In this document: positions 53,283 to 62,701 of the stretch, in pieces
Position numbering within the stretch: position 1 is the first letter of the stretch
How the letters are laid out: every line of letters begins with the position of its first letter
Assembly (NCBI GenBank): GCA_045656325.1
Contig: JAZOQX010000135.1
Span: 16-64,015, forward strand
From: Eubacteriales bacterium
Lineage (GTDB): Bacteria; Bacillota; Clostridia; Oscillospirales; CAG-272
Reading direction: 5' to 3'
Length of the DNA stretch: 64,000 bases
The notes under the pieces: generated by a model
What the model was told of the DNA's origin: nothing
Database searches by the model: none
Seen by the model: only the letters and a program-made list of their open reading frames with translations
Position numbers and translations under genes: made by a program

Positions 53283-55230
53283 AGCTTTTGCGGTTCCATT
53301 GATCCATGAGAACCCGCATATAAAGTCCTCCTTGAACCGTTCGGTTCTGGAAGCCGACGATCCGTCCACTGACCACGTCGTACCAGTCGGTCATGGGGAT
53401 GCGGGAGGGGGATTCGTTGTAGGCGTTCCAAAGAGGAGCGATATAGCTCATAAAGGATTTTTTGGAGGTTGCCAGAGAAGCGGTCCATACCATCCAGTCG
53501 GACTTCGTGTATTCCGCGCGGTTGTCCAAGGGCATACCGTATTTGGCGAAATGCTTGCGGTTGTGGGCGATCTCGGCATCCATGAATTTGCGGGAGAAGA
53601 TTTTGGTTCCCCAAACCTTGTCCCAAATCATATTGTATTTCATGGAGTAGGTGTCGGGCTGATCGAAGGCGAGACGGGTGCTTCCGTCCTCGTTGAGGGC
53701 GGTACTCATCCAGGTCCTTGCCATCTTTCGAGCCTTTCGCATATAGCTTGCCGCTTGGGCGGTCTTTCCCATCATTTCGCAAAGAATCGACATACCCGCG
53801 ATGCCCATAACCGCCTTCAAGGAGAGATTGCAGTTGTGCGCCAGATGGCCGGCAAAGTCGTCGGTGCAGAGCTGATTTTCGGGGTCGGTTCCGTACTTTA
53901 AGAGGTATTTGCACCAGCCCTCCAGAACGTCAAAATGGGCGGCAGCAAAGTCGGCAGAGCCCGTTACCATGGCGACGTTTGCCTCCATAATCAGCATATT
54001 GCCGCATTCCTCTACGGGCATCTGCTTCTCATAGGCAAGAGGACCGTCCTCATATTCGTTTGTTTGGGGATCGCGCTTCTTTCCGTAGACCTGACCGTTC
54101 AGGATCGGGTAGCGTCCTACGTCGTGGGGAGCGAAGTCGTATTTCAGGTCCTCCTTCCACTCCTTGGAATCGGCGTAGCGATAGATGGGGCGCATCATAC
54201 CCTTGACCAGCTCGGGGTTGTAAAGGAGGAAGAGAGGAATGGAGGGGTAGCTTACGTCCACGGTGGCGGCGCATCCGTTGGAGAAGCATTCCTTGGAAAT
54301 AAAGAGGATCTCCCCGTTTTCGTCCAATACCAGCTTGTGAGCGGCAACGACCTGACGGTATGCCAGAGAGAGAAGCTCCGCGTATTTCTCACCGCCCGCT
54401 TCCATAGCGTCGTCGTAAAGCTTCTTGGAAAAGGCATCGCAACGGGGCATCAGAGCCTCGTATTCTCTTGCCGCCTCGCAGATGGCTTGCTCTACGGTCT
54501 GTCCATCCTTGTTCCAGTAGGATTTCAGGTGCTTTCCGAAATATTCAATGCTCACCACGTCGTCGTAGGCAAAGAGCCAAAGCAGATTCTTTCCCTCCTC
54601 CATGGGGGCGGAGACGCGGATCATGGTTTGCCTGTGATCGTTCTTGATCATAGCGGAAGCCTCGGCGCTCTTTACGGTCAGATAGAAATATCCCCAGTCA
54701 ATTCTGTGGTCGTCACCGCTTCGGTTCAGGGGATTCTGCACGGAGTTGCCCATTTTCATACCGCGCACGCAGGAGCAGGGAGCAACCTCCTCGGTGATCA
54801 CGGGGCTTTGGAACTTTTTGTCCAGACAAAGCTCCTCCGTGGCAGTCACCGTGACGTTGACCGTGTGCGCCTGTCCGTCTACCGATTCATAGGAAAGAGC
54901 CATGTAGGAAACGGGACGGGTCAGAAGGCGGTAATCGTCGGGGAGCAGAGGGGTGGTAAAGGTTGCCGTCAAGCGGATTTTTTCGTTTTCAAAAACCGCC
55001 TTCGTGGTGAGCGCGTCTATATCCAGAGCGATCTGAGGAAGCTTGGGGAGATTCATGTTGAAGCCGAGGAAGGAGTACTCCTTGCCGTCTATGGCAATCC
55101 TGCCAAAGAGACGGTTGGGCTTTCCCGTCCAGTGCATGGTGTTGGCAAAGTTTAGCGTGGTGTCGGGGGACCATACCGAGAAAAAGGGATCCACCGTAAT
55201 CAAGGGAACTGCGGGCGCTCTCAGTTTCAT
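53281..55230 (-). CDS. Glutaminase A-like / DUF4965-DUF1793 family protein (glycoside-hydrolase-like)
   Basis: The protein is 649 aa. The N-terminus LRAPAVPLITVDPFFSVWSP...HWTGK is typical of this family. The assignment is from memory. Confidence 0.7.
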   Translation of the reverse strand: MKLRAPAVPLITVDPFFSVWSPDTTLNFANTMHWTGKPNRLFGRIAIDGKEYSFLGFNMNLPKLPQIALDIDALTTKAVFENEKIRLTATFTTPLLPDDYRLLTRPVSYMALSYESVDGQAHTVNVTVTATEELCLDKKFQSPVITEEVAPCSCVRGMKMGNSVQNPLNRSGDDHRIDWGYFYLTVKSAEASAMIKNDHRQTMIRVSAPMEEGKNLLWLFAYDDVVSIEYFGKHLKSYWNKDGQTVEQAICEAAREYEALMPRCDAFSKKLYDDAMEAGGEKYAELLSLAYRQVVAAHKLVLDENGEILFISKECFSNGCAATVDVSYPSIPLFLLYNPELVKGMMRPIYRYADSKEWKEDLKYDFAPHDVGRYPILNGQVYGKKRDPQTNEYEDGPLAYEKQMPVEECGNMLIMEANVAMVTGSADFAAAHFDVLEGWCKYLLKYGTDPENQLCTDDFAGHLAHNCNLSLKAVMGIAGMSILCEMMGKTAQAASYMRKARKMARTWMSTALNEDGSTRLAFDQPDTYSMKYNMIWDKVWGTKIFSRKFMDAEIAHNRKHFAKYGMPLDNRAEYTKSDWMVWTASLATSKKSFMSYIAPLWNAYNESPSRIPMTDWYDVVSGRIVGFQNRTVQGGLYMRVLMDQWNRKS

Positions 55231-55431
55231 AAAAATTACCTCGTTTTTCTTTTTTCGTCCGATGGGAACTGTGACCTTATTATACTATGAATATAACAAA
55301 TTTCAAGTGTTTTATGAAAAATTGAATGATTTATCCACTATTTTCGTTTCATTATACATGAAAATAAAAAAACCAAGTCTAAGTTTTTTACATAGACATG
55401 GCCTTTTTATAAAAACGAATACGCAATGGAT

Positions 55432-56802
55432 TTACAATTCATCCGCCAGGGTTCTGCGTTTTTTCCAGATACCCGAAAGGAAATAGAGCATACTGGGAAC
55501 GGCGTACCCGTAGGGTGCCAAGGCATAGCCGAGGACAAAGCCAAAGAAGCCCCAGCCAAAGACGATGCCAAAGAGCCAGCTAAGTCCGATGCGAAGCACC
55601 ACTCCGTCAAGAAGCGCCAAAACCATGCAAAGCTTGGCGTTTCCGATGCCTTGAATAAAGGCGCCGCTTCCCCTCATGATCGCGAAGGCGGGGAACATCC
55701 AGAGAATGGCGGAAATAAAGGTGTCCGACATTTCGTGTACCGCAGGGTCATCGGAGAACAGACGGAAGAGGGGAAGCCCGAAGCATACGTAAAGCAAAAG
55801 GAAGAAAACGGTGAGGATGCTCGAGAAGATCACCGCGCTCCATACCACGTGCTTGGCGCGCTTCTGCTGACCCGCGCCGATATTTTGGCTGACCATCGGC
55901 ATGGCGGCATACTGAATCCCCTGACAGATCTTGTTGATGATATCGTCAATGCGGCAGCCCACGCCAAAGGTAGCCGAGGCGACCACGCCCGCGCTGTTGA
56001 TCATCGCGTTGACGAACAGCATGGAAATGTTGATAAAGCCCGATTGGATCGCCATGGGCGTTCCGAGGGAAACGATCATGCCCGTATATTTGCGGTTGGG
56101 CAGAAAGCTCTTCTTCTGAAAATCAAAGCCAAACTGCTCCCGACGGCGGAAGAGATAGAAAAGAGAGAAGAGGAAGGAAACCCCCTGACCGATAATGGTC
56201 GCCCATGCCGCTCCCGCAACGCCCCATCCGAAGATTCCCGTAAAGAGAATGTCGAGCACAAGATTGACCACCGAAGCGATGCCGATGAAGAGAAAGGGGC
56301 GCTTTGCGTCTCCCATACCTCGCAAAATTGCCGAGATCAGATTATAGCCCGCCGTAAAGATCAAGCCCGCTCCGCAGACGATCATGTAATCCTTTGCCAT
56401 GTCGTAGGATTCGGCGGGTACCTGAATGACCGACAGGATCGGGTTGCAAAAGAGAAGAACCAAGGCGGTCAGCACCACCGAAAGAATAGCGATAAAGCTG
56501 AAGAGCGTGCCGATCACGTCGTTCATCTCTTTTCTTTTTCTTGCGCCCAATGCTTGGGAAATCAGGATCTGTCCGCCGTTGGAGAAGCCGAGACAGAGCA
56601 TGGTGGCAAAGTTCATGATCTGACTGCTCTGTGCCACCGCCGAAAGTCCCGCCGTTCCCACGTACTTTCCAACGATCAGCATATCAATGGTACTGTAAAG
56701 AACCTGCAAGGCGTTGGATGCCATAAAGGGCAGGGAAAAGAGGATCAGCTGCCGCCATATATTTCCTTTTGTAAAATCCTTGGAAAGGCTCTTTTGACTC
56801 AC
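55432..56802 (-). CDS. MATE family efflux transporter
   Basis: I prefer the GTG at 56802 as the start (VSQKSLSKDFTKGNIWRQLILFSLPFM). The ATG at 56874 in the track lies upstream of the predicted promoter. The protein is a 12-TM MATE-type sequence. Confidence 0.85.
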   Translation of the reverse strand: MSQKSLSKDFTKGNIWRQLILFSLPFMASNALQVLYSTIDMLIVGKYVGTAGLSAVAQSSQIMNFATMLCLGFSNGGQILISQALGARKRKEMNDVIGTLFSFIAILSVVLTALVLLFCNPILSVIQVPAESYDMAKDYMIVCGAGLIFTAGYNLISAILRGMGDAKRPFLFIGIASVVNLVLDILFTGIFGWGVAGAAWATIIGQGVSFLFSLFYLFRRREQFGFDFQKKSFLPNRKYTGMIVSLGTPMAIQSGFINISMLFVNAMINSAGVVASATFGVGCRIDDIINKICQGIQYAAMPMVSQNIGAGQQKRAKHVVWSAVIFSSILTVFFLLLYVCFGLPLFRLFSDDPAVHEMSDTFISAILWMFPAFAIMRGSGAFIQGIGNAKLCMVLALLDGVVLRIGLSWLFGIVFGWGFFGFVLGYALAPYGYAVPSMLYFLSGIWKKRRTLADEL

Positions 56803-56835
56803 GGTATATAACCTCGATTTGTAGAATATGGTATC

Positions 56836-56864
56836 ATTATAGCACAAAATTCGCCCTTTTTCAA
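56836..56864 (-). promoter_or_regulatory. Sigma-70 promoter of the MATE gene
   Basis: On the minus strand the -35 is TTGAAA (56859-56864), followed by a 17-nt spacer and an extended -10 TGTGCTATAAT (TATAAT at 56836-56841). Confidence 0.65.
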
Positions 56865-56927
56865 GGGCATCCATCAGAAAAGGGACTGAGAAATCTCAGT
56901 CCCTTTATTTGTGGAGTCGGAATAGGA

Positions 56928-58127
56928 TTACGCGTCCTTTTCCTCGTCCTTCTTGCAGTTCTCCATCTTTTCGTCAACCTTATCCAGCGTCTTCTTCGCA
57001 AAATCCTTGCCGCCAAGACCAAATGCCAAAGCAAAGGAAACGGCAACGGCGGAGATGGTAACGATGAACGCGGTGTTGACGATGGTAGAAGCGATCTCCA
57101 GCTGAGAAAGGATCATGAAGCCGGCAACGGTGAAGATGCCAACCTTGACGATCTTCGCAAGACCTGCGGCCTTGGGATTCGCCTTGGTGATCACGTTCTC
57201 GAGGAGGTTTGCGCCGATGAAGGCAACCAAAAGCACCACGGCAGCCTTGATAACCAAGGGCAGGTAAGCAACCAAAGCGGTTACGATCATGGTCAGAACC
57301 GAGAGGTTCAGCGCCTCAACGCCCTGTGCGGCAACAAAGATGATGATGATGGTTCTTACGAGATTTACAACGATCTTGGTAGCGGAGATCTTCAGCTGAG
57401 GAATGACCTTCAGAACCACGTTGTCAAAGTTGGTGGCAACGAGAACGTTGTAGAGCAGTCCGCAAGCGAGGCTTGCAACGAAAATACCAACGGTAACCAC
57501 AACCACAGCCAGAATAATGGAGGGGATTGCGCCGAAGATGGCGTTGACGATGCCTGCGGCGGGAGCGGAGATCGCCTCAATGCCAAGCACGCCGAGGGCG
57601 GCGGCAATGGTTACGAGGATGATCACACCCATGAGGATCTTTACCAGAATGTCGGAGAGAAGAACAACCTTCTTGTCCTCCGCATCGGTTCTCTTTACGA
57701 GATTGTCAATCTTGGTCTTCTTGAGAAGAACCAGAACGACCTGACCCAGAATCTGCGCGACCAAAATCCCTACGTAAACGAGGATCACAGCCGCAATAAT
57801 ATTGGGCAGGTAGTTGATGAAGGCGTTAACGAAGCCGTGGATCGGGGTGGATACCGAGGAAATTCCGATTGCCTCCAGCGCGTTGGGAAGGAACAACAGG
57901 AAAACGATCAGGTAAACGAGCTTTCCGACGAACTTCATGGACGTGCCGAGAGCGCCTTCGTTTACGCCCCACTTGTCCAGCTTCTTGTCCAGCTTGCAGA
58001 GCTTGAGCAGCTTGGTAACGAGCCAGCTTGCAAGAGCGGCAGCCACGAACGCGACGGCAAGGTACACGATGAAGCGAACCACGCCGATCGACCATACCTG
58101 ATTGATGACGTCAAGAATTTTTTGCAT
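56928..58127 (-). CDS. Membrane protein with repeated conserved-TM-helix motifs (mechanosensitive-channel-associated type)
   Basis: The protein is 399 aa. The pattern LP-x-I-I-x-A-x-x-[IV]-L-x-V-G recurs (YLPNIIAAVILVYVG, AIPSIILAVVVVTVG, YLPLVIKAAVVLLVA). Confidence 0.55.
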   Translation of the reverse strand: MQKILDVINQVWSIGVVRFIVYLAVAFVAAALASWLVTKLLKLCKLDKKLDKWGVNEGALGTSMKFVGKLVYLIVFLLFLPNALEAIGISSVSTPIHGFVNAFINYLPNIIAAVILVYVGILVAQILGQVVLVLLKKTKIDNLVKRTDAEDKKVVLLSDILVKILMGVIILVTIAAALGVLGIEAISAPAAGIVNAIFGAIPSIILAVVVVTVGIFVASLACGLLYNVLVATNFDNVVLKVIPQLKISATKIVVNLVRTIIIIFVAAQGVEALNLSVLTMIVTALVAYLPLVIKAAVVLLVAFIGANLLENVITKANPKAAGLAKIVKVGIFTVAGFMILSQLEIASTIVNTAFIVTISAVAVSFALAFGLGGKDFAKKTLDKVDEKMENCKKDEEKDA

Positions 58128-58252
58128 AATAAAATCTCCTTTTCAGTATATTTTTGACATTGTTATTGTAGCATATTTTGAAGGCTACTGCAAGGAAAAA
58201 ACATATTTGTTCACACTTTCTTTACAGCAATTTCCATATTACTTTCTATGGA

Positions 58253-59068
58253 TTACACATATCGCTTGGGCGGGATAGGTTCCTCCCCCTCCAAGGGATC
58301 GTCGCTTCCGCTCAGAAAGATCTTTTCCATGACCTCCTTCATGATTCTCGCGTCACAGGCTTGCGTGGGAGCACCACCCAAAAAGCCGTCGGTGATGGCG
58401 CCGTGGTAGCGGAAGGGAAGCTCGTATTTAGGAAAACGCAGGGAAATGTCGTCGGTAAAATCGCAGCCCATAAATCGAATCGACCGTGGAATGACCTCGC
58501 CCGTTTTGCGCTTGACGGTCAGCGCTTTGATCTTGTCGGACATACGGTTGGGAATGGAAAGCATCTCGTCCACGCAATGCAGATAGGTGTTCCGATTGTG
58601 CGAGACGCCTGCCAGAAGGATGAAGCCGCCCATTTCGTAAATCTTGCCGTAGCAGCCGTTTGCGGGAGTGCAGGAGGTAACGAACTGCTCGTCTTTTACA
58701 AACTCCCGTACACGCTCCTCCTCGCCGAAAACTGCCATGGAATGGGTGGGATGCTCGGTGCGGACTCCGCGGGGATCGGCGGCGCACAGGTCCGAGAAGG
58801 CACCAAGACAGGTGGCGGGATCGGACAGATCCAGCGTGATCTCCTTCTTAAGATTGGTCCAGGTATGGGTGGGAACACAAAACAGCCCGCCCTTGGCAGT
58901 AAAGTATTCGATCAGATAATCAAGAAGCCCCTGCGCACCTCCCTCTACCGAGCCGATAAGGCGTAGAGAGGAGTGCATCAGTACCACGCGATCGCGGGGA
59001 ATCCTCATGGCGTCCAGCTGGGCAAAAATGTCGGCTCTTGTGTAAATCTTCTGCATGAGTATGGTCAC
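58253..59068 (-). CDS. AAC(3) family (aminoglycoside N3-acetyltransferase-like) protein
   Basis: The protein is 271 aa. The pattern VVLMHSSLRLIGSVEGGAQGLLDYL...GGLFCVPTHTW is typical of the Antibiotic_NAT fold. The substrate is not inferable. Confidence 0.72.
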   Translation of the reverse strand: MTILMQKIYTRADIFAQLDAMRIPRDRVVLMHSSLRLIGSVEGGAQGLLDYLIEYFTAKGGLFCVPTHTWTNLKKEITLDLSDPATCLGAFSDLCAADPRGVRTEHPTHSMAVFGEEERVREFVKDEQFVTSCTPANGCYGKIYEMGGFILLAGVSHNRNTYLHCVDEMLSIPNRMSDKIKALTVKRKTGEVIPRSIRFMGCDFTDDISLRFPKYELPFRYHGAITDGFLGGAPTQACDARIMKEVMEKIFLSGSDDPLEGEEPIPPKRYV

Positions 59069-59080
59069 TTCCTTTTTGAT

Positions 59081-59803
59081 TTATGCTTGAAACATGGTGG
59101 ATTCGTCATTTGCGTGATTTTCCGCGTGTCCTATGATCTGTGCGTAGAGACTGTCGGCAAACAACTCGTGCATCTCGGGGACGGGATGATTGATGCGGTT
59201 GGCGAGCAGGGAAGTAATGTCCCGTGTTTTTGCCAGCTCCTTCCATTTTGCGTAGCAGTCGCAGACCGAAACGCCTTCCCGCATGGCGGTGGCAATGGCT
59301 GCGGCAACGTACGCGTCCATTCTGCCGCTGTTTTGCATATCGGCGGTCTTTTTCGCGTAGTCCAAATCCTTTTCGGGTGTGTCATCGGCAACGCGGGTAT
59401 TCAGCATATTGGGGGTCATAAAGATGACCTCCGCGCCTGCTTCCCGACACCGACGGAAAATGATTTCCAAAGAGCCGACGTAGTCCTCCAAGGTCCCGTT
59501 GACGTCGTTCAGCCCAAAGCAGACGATCACCAAATCGGGCTCGTGCTTGAGCACCTGACGCTCCAAGCGGTCAAGCGAGCGCTTGGCGGTGGTTCCGCCG
59601 ATGGAGGCGTTGATCATATTGACGGGCATATAATCCCGAAAGGCATTCAGCTTTTTCTTGAGCTGATTCCAGTAGACGTTTTCGTAGTCAATGTAGCCGA
59701 CCACCGCTCCGTGGGAAACGCTGTCGCCGAATACGACGATATTGATGGGACCGTATTCCGTCAGTCCCTTTCTGTCCAATAGGATTTTTTCTCTGATTTT
59801 CAT
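59081..59803 (-). CDS. SGNH/GDSL hydrolase family protein
   Basis: The protein is 240 aa. Block I is VVFGDSVSHG, and GLNDVN is also present. Confidence 0.78.
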   Translation of the reverse strand: MKIREKILLDRKGLTEYGPINIVVFGDSVSHGAVVGYIDYENVYWNQLKKKLNAFRDYMPVNMINASIGGTTAKRSLDRLERQVLKHEPDLVIVCFGLNDVNGTLEDYVGSLEIIFRRCREAGAEVIFMTPNMLNTRVADDTPEKDLDYAKKTADMQNSGRMDAYVAAAIATAMREGVSVCDCYAKWKELAKTRDITSLLANRINHPVPEMHELFADSLYAQIIGHAENHANDESTMFQA

Positions 59804-59971
59804 GGTAACACCGCCTTTCTGCGTTTATTATATCATACCTTTGCGAGGATGTAAAGGCTTTTCGCGGGGACAGATGCTCCTGCCCACCGAAAAAACGGCA
59901 AACAAAAACGGCGGGAGTAACCCCCCGCCTACGAGGAGAATTTTGCTTTTCTCTTTCATGCATCCAAAGAC

Positions 59972-60000
59972 TTGACATAGTATCCAAGAGATGCTATAAT
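59972..60000 (+). promoter_or_regulatory. Consensus sigma-70 promoter of the SGNH lipoprotein gene
   Basis: The -35 is TTGACA (59972-59977), followed by a 17-nt spacer and a -10 TATAAT (59995-60000). Confidence 0.7.
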
Positions 60001-60030
60001 GAAATAGTACAAAAGTTTATAAAAGGAGTT

Positions 60031-61383
60031 ATGATGAAAAGACTTTTTTTTGCGGCGATTCTCTGTTTTTTGTTTTCCTTGACAGGATGCAAAACGGATT
60101 CCGCCCCACAGGATTCCGACGTAACGGTGACGGACCCCCTCCAAGGAAATGAGATCGAGACGGAGAACAACACGGAAAGCGGGACCAAGACGGAGAACGA
60201 ATCTGAAGAAAGTACAGAACCGGAGGAAGAAATGAAGCGGATTGATCTGATGGATTATATCAATTGTCGTGCCGCATTGAGCCATACCTATAAAAAACTG
60301 ACGGAAGACAAAGAACTGACCGTGGTTTATTTTGGCGGCTCGGTTACCGCAGGCCATGGATCTTCCAGCCCCGAGAAGTATTCCTGGCGCGCGCGGATCG
60401 GAAAGTGGATTGCCGAGAGCTTTCCCGATGCTAAGGTGACCAACATTAACCGCGCCCTTGGTGAGTCGGGAACCTATCTGGGTGCCTACCGTGTGCAGAC
60501 CGATGTGATTTCGGCAGAGCCCGATCTGCTGTTTTTGGAGTATTCCATTAACGACTATTACTATAAGTCTACCTATGAGCAGGCGGCATCTCAGTATGAA
60601 ACCATTATACGCGAAGTCAAAACCGCCCTGCCCGATACGGACATTGTGACGGTATTGGTTACCGATGAGACCCGTATGTGGAGCTACAACAAGGTGGGGA
60701 TGCTTCATACGCAGGCTCAGGCTCATGAGGATATTGCCAAAGCATATAATATCCCCACGCTTCACGTGGGACGGTACCTTGTCGCGCAAATCGATTATTG
60801 GTCCTCCATGTGGTCAAACTACGCGATCGATGGGGTTCATCCTAACGATCAGGGCTATGAGGTGTACTACGAGTTGATCCGCGAATATCTGCGGATGAGC
60901 CTGTTCGAGACCGATTATACGAAGCCCTTGGAGAAATTCGTCATGGTGCCCGTGATCAGCGCGACCCTGTTTGACGGAGACCGTCAAGGAATTCTGCCTA
61001 CGCAGAGTCTGGTGGAGCTCTCTGAGTCCATGGGGGGACGGGGGGTTACCTTTGCGGAGGAAAGTAGCTTTAATAACCCCGTGATCAGTGATGCCGTGGG
61101 GCAGCTGTTGTTCGATTGTACTGACGATGAGTTGGTGATCCGATTTACGGGAACAGAACTGTCGGCATATGTGGTGCAGAAGAATGTGTCCTGGCAGGTT
61201 TCAGTGGATGGTGGCGAGTACGTCCTTCTTGAGGGAAGCGCCCACAATCCTGTTATCTTTGCCAAGGATCTGCCTTCGGGCGAGCACGTCGTACGCGTGA
61301 GACTCCATAAGGATGCAAGCGTGAGCATGGGTATGCTCTTTGCGAGAGACGCCACCAAGGCAACCCCGAAGGGAAGCAATTGA
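60031..61383 (+). CDS. SGNH/GDSL hydrolase family lipoprotein
   Basis: The protein is 450 aa. The lipobox is LTGC, followed by an acidic linker. Block I is VYFGGSVTAG and block V is DGVHPNDQGY. A C-terminal beta-sandwich-like domain is present. Confidence 0.78.
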   Translation: MMKRLFFAAILCFLFSLTGCKTDSAPQDSDVTVTDPLQGNEIETENNTESGTKTENESEESTEPEEEMKRIDLMDYINCRAALSHTYKKLTEDKELTVVYFGGSVTAGHGSSSPEKYSWRARIGKWIAESFPDAKVTNINRALGESGTYLGAYRVQTDVISAEPDLLFLEYSINDYYYKSTYEQAASQYETIIREVKTALPDTDIVTVLVTDETRMWSYNKVGMLHTQAQAHEDIAKAYNIPTLHVGRYLVAQIDYWSSMWSNYAIDGVHPNDQGYEVYYELIREYLRMSLFETDYTKPLEKFVMVPVISATLFDGDRQGILPTQSLVELSESMGGRGVTFAEESSFNNPVISDAVGQLLFDCTDDELVIRFTGTELSAYVVQKNVSWQVSVDGGEYVLLEGSAHNPVIFAKDLPSGEHVVRVRLHKDASVSMGMLFARDATKATPKGSN

Positions 61384-61414
61384 ACAAAGAGAGCCCAAAT
61401 GGCTCAGGCGTGTG

Positions 61415-61452
61415 AAAAAAGGACAGAGAACGTAACATTCTCTGTCCTTTTT
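61415..61452. terminator. Bidirectional terminator between convergent genes
   Basis: The stem is AGGACAGAGAA (61420-61430) paired with TTCTCTGTCCT (61438-61448). It is flanked by A6 and T5 tracts. Confidence 0.85.
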
Positions 61453-61466
61453 ACCGTAGGGCGAAC

Positions 61467-62123
61467 CTAATTTCGCTCCGCTTCGCTGGCAGCGCAAGCA
61501 TTCGTTTTTTCTTTTCTGGCGGATTTTATTTTTTTGATGATCCATATAACAAGATCGATCCCCAAGGTTTTTGCCAAAAGTCCCAAAAACGAGCTGATCA
61601 AAATTGTAATTCCTCCCAGAGCGCTGCCAACGATCACGATGAGAATGTCGGTCAGCAAAAGCGCCCGTCCGATCTGTATGCCGGAAAATTTTTTCACTAT
61701 CAGCGCAATAATATCGGTTCCGCCCGAGCTTGAATCAACGTAGAACATGATCCCGCTGGCAATAGCAATGATAGCCGCCCCCAAAAGCGCGGAAACGTAA
61801 ATGCTGTCGATCAAAGGGGTATCAAAGGTAAGCGGCTTTTCAAGTACTCCTATAAACACCGTGGTCAAGACCGAACCGACCAGCGTTTTGATTGCCATAC
61901 CCTTTCCAAGCACCACAAACGCTAAAACGATCAACGCAAAATTGATGATCATCAAAATAGCTCCGGGAGAAAATGGCAAAAAGGCGGTCAATATCACCGA
62001 AATGCCGCTTGTTCCGCCAAGCAAAAGCCCACTCGGAAAAATAAACAAAACCGTGCTGACGGCATATAACACGCTTCCCACAAAAATGAGGATGAAATTC
62101 AAAATAGTCCTTTTTATATTCAT
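61467..62123 (-). CDS. YitT family membrane protein (short form, no C-terminal DUF2179 domain)
   Basis: The protein is 218 aa. It shows the YitT/DUF161 pattern (ILIFVGSVLYAVSTVLFIFPSGLLLGGTSG). A promoter lies upstream: TTGCAA, 17-nt spacer, TGCTATACT. Confidence 0.72.
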   Translation of the reverse strand: MNIKRTILNFILIFVGSVLYAVSTVLFIFPSGLLLGGTSGISVILTAFLPFSPGAILMIINFALIVLAFVVLGKGMAIKTLVGSVLTTVFIGVLEKPLTFDTPLIDSIYVSALLGAAIIAIASGIMFYVDSSSGGTDIIALIVKKFSGIQIGRALLLTDILIVIVGSALGGITILISSFLGLLAKTLGIDLVIWIIKKIKSARKEKTNACAASEAERN

Positions 62124-62392
62124 CGAAAAGCCCCCACCAAAAACGGTTTAAAAGTTGTAACGGTCTGCGTTCTGTCCTGCAGAGATTAGTATAGCATAAA
62201 ATGGTGGGGATTGCAAGGCGTTTGCGGGAAATTGCGGGGCACTAGGGTACTCGCATTTGCTTCGCAAATACGAGAATTCTTCGCCGAGCCTCTCGTGAGC
62301 AAGCTCCCGTCTGCTTTCGGCTCGAATGCGAACCTAATTCCGCTACGGCTACGCCTTGCGGAGCAGGGCGCGAAGCGCCGATGCTCCGAGGC

Positions 62393-62430
62393 AAAAAGAA
62401 ACACCACCCAACAGGGTGGTGTTTCTTTTT
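62393..62430. terminator. Strong bidirectional hairpin at the GC-rich/AT-rich boundary
   Basis: A 12-bp stem pairs GAAACACCACCC (62398-62409) with GGGTGGTGTTTC (62414-62425). It is flanked by A5 and T5 tracts. Confidence 0.75.
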
Positions 62431-62438
62431 GTGATTGG

Positions 62439-62580
62439 TGACCGTTTTAGATGACATGGCTAAAACGTAGTGATTTCAAGGGGTTTCGGCGTTTTTTTCT
62501 GTTTTTACCCCTTTTTTATGATTATTTTTCTGTTTTTTCTTATTTTTTTGAAAATCCCAAATGACCGAAATAGATGACAT
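62439..62580 (+). repeat. Pair of 19-nt direct repeats, TGACCG(TTT/AAA)TAGATGACAT
   Basis: The copies are at 62439-62457 and 62562-62580, with 16/19 identity. The differences are confined to the central triplet. The repeats lie in a T-rich, AT-rich spacer. Confidence 0.8.
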
Positions 62581-62701
62581 AACTTTTTTGCTCAAAACCA
62601 TACTTTTTTATCTTAGTTGATAAGTGCCTTTTCTCTAATCAATTCATAATATTTTGATATAATATATAACATCAAAATTAAAATTGAGAGGAAAATAAAA
62701 A

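Noticed and set aside
62437-62500. A tRNA 3' end reading TGGTGACCG... (minus-strand ...CGGTCACCA) at the island boundary
   Set aside because: The putative T-arm is imperfect (4/5 bp). The loop would be CATGTCA rather than a TTCRANY-type T-loop. No D-arm or anticodon arm follows.
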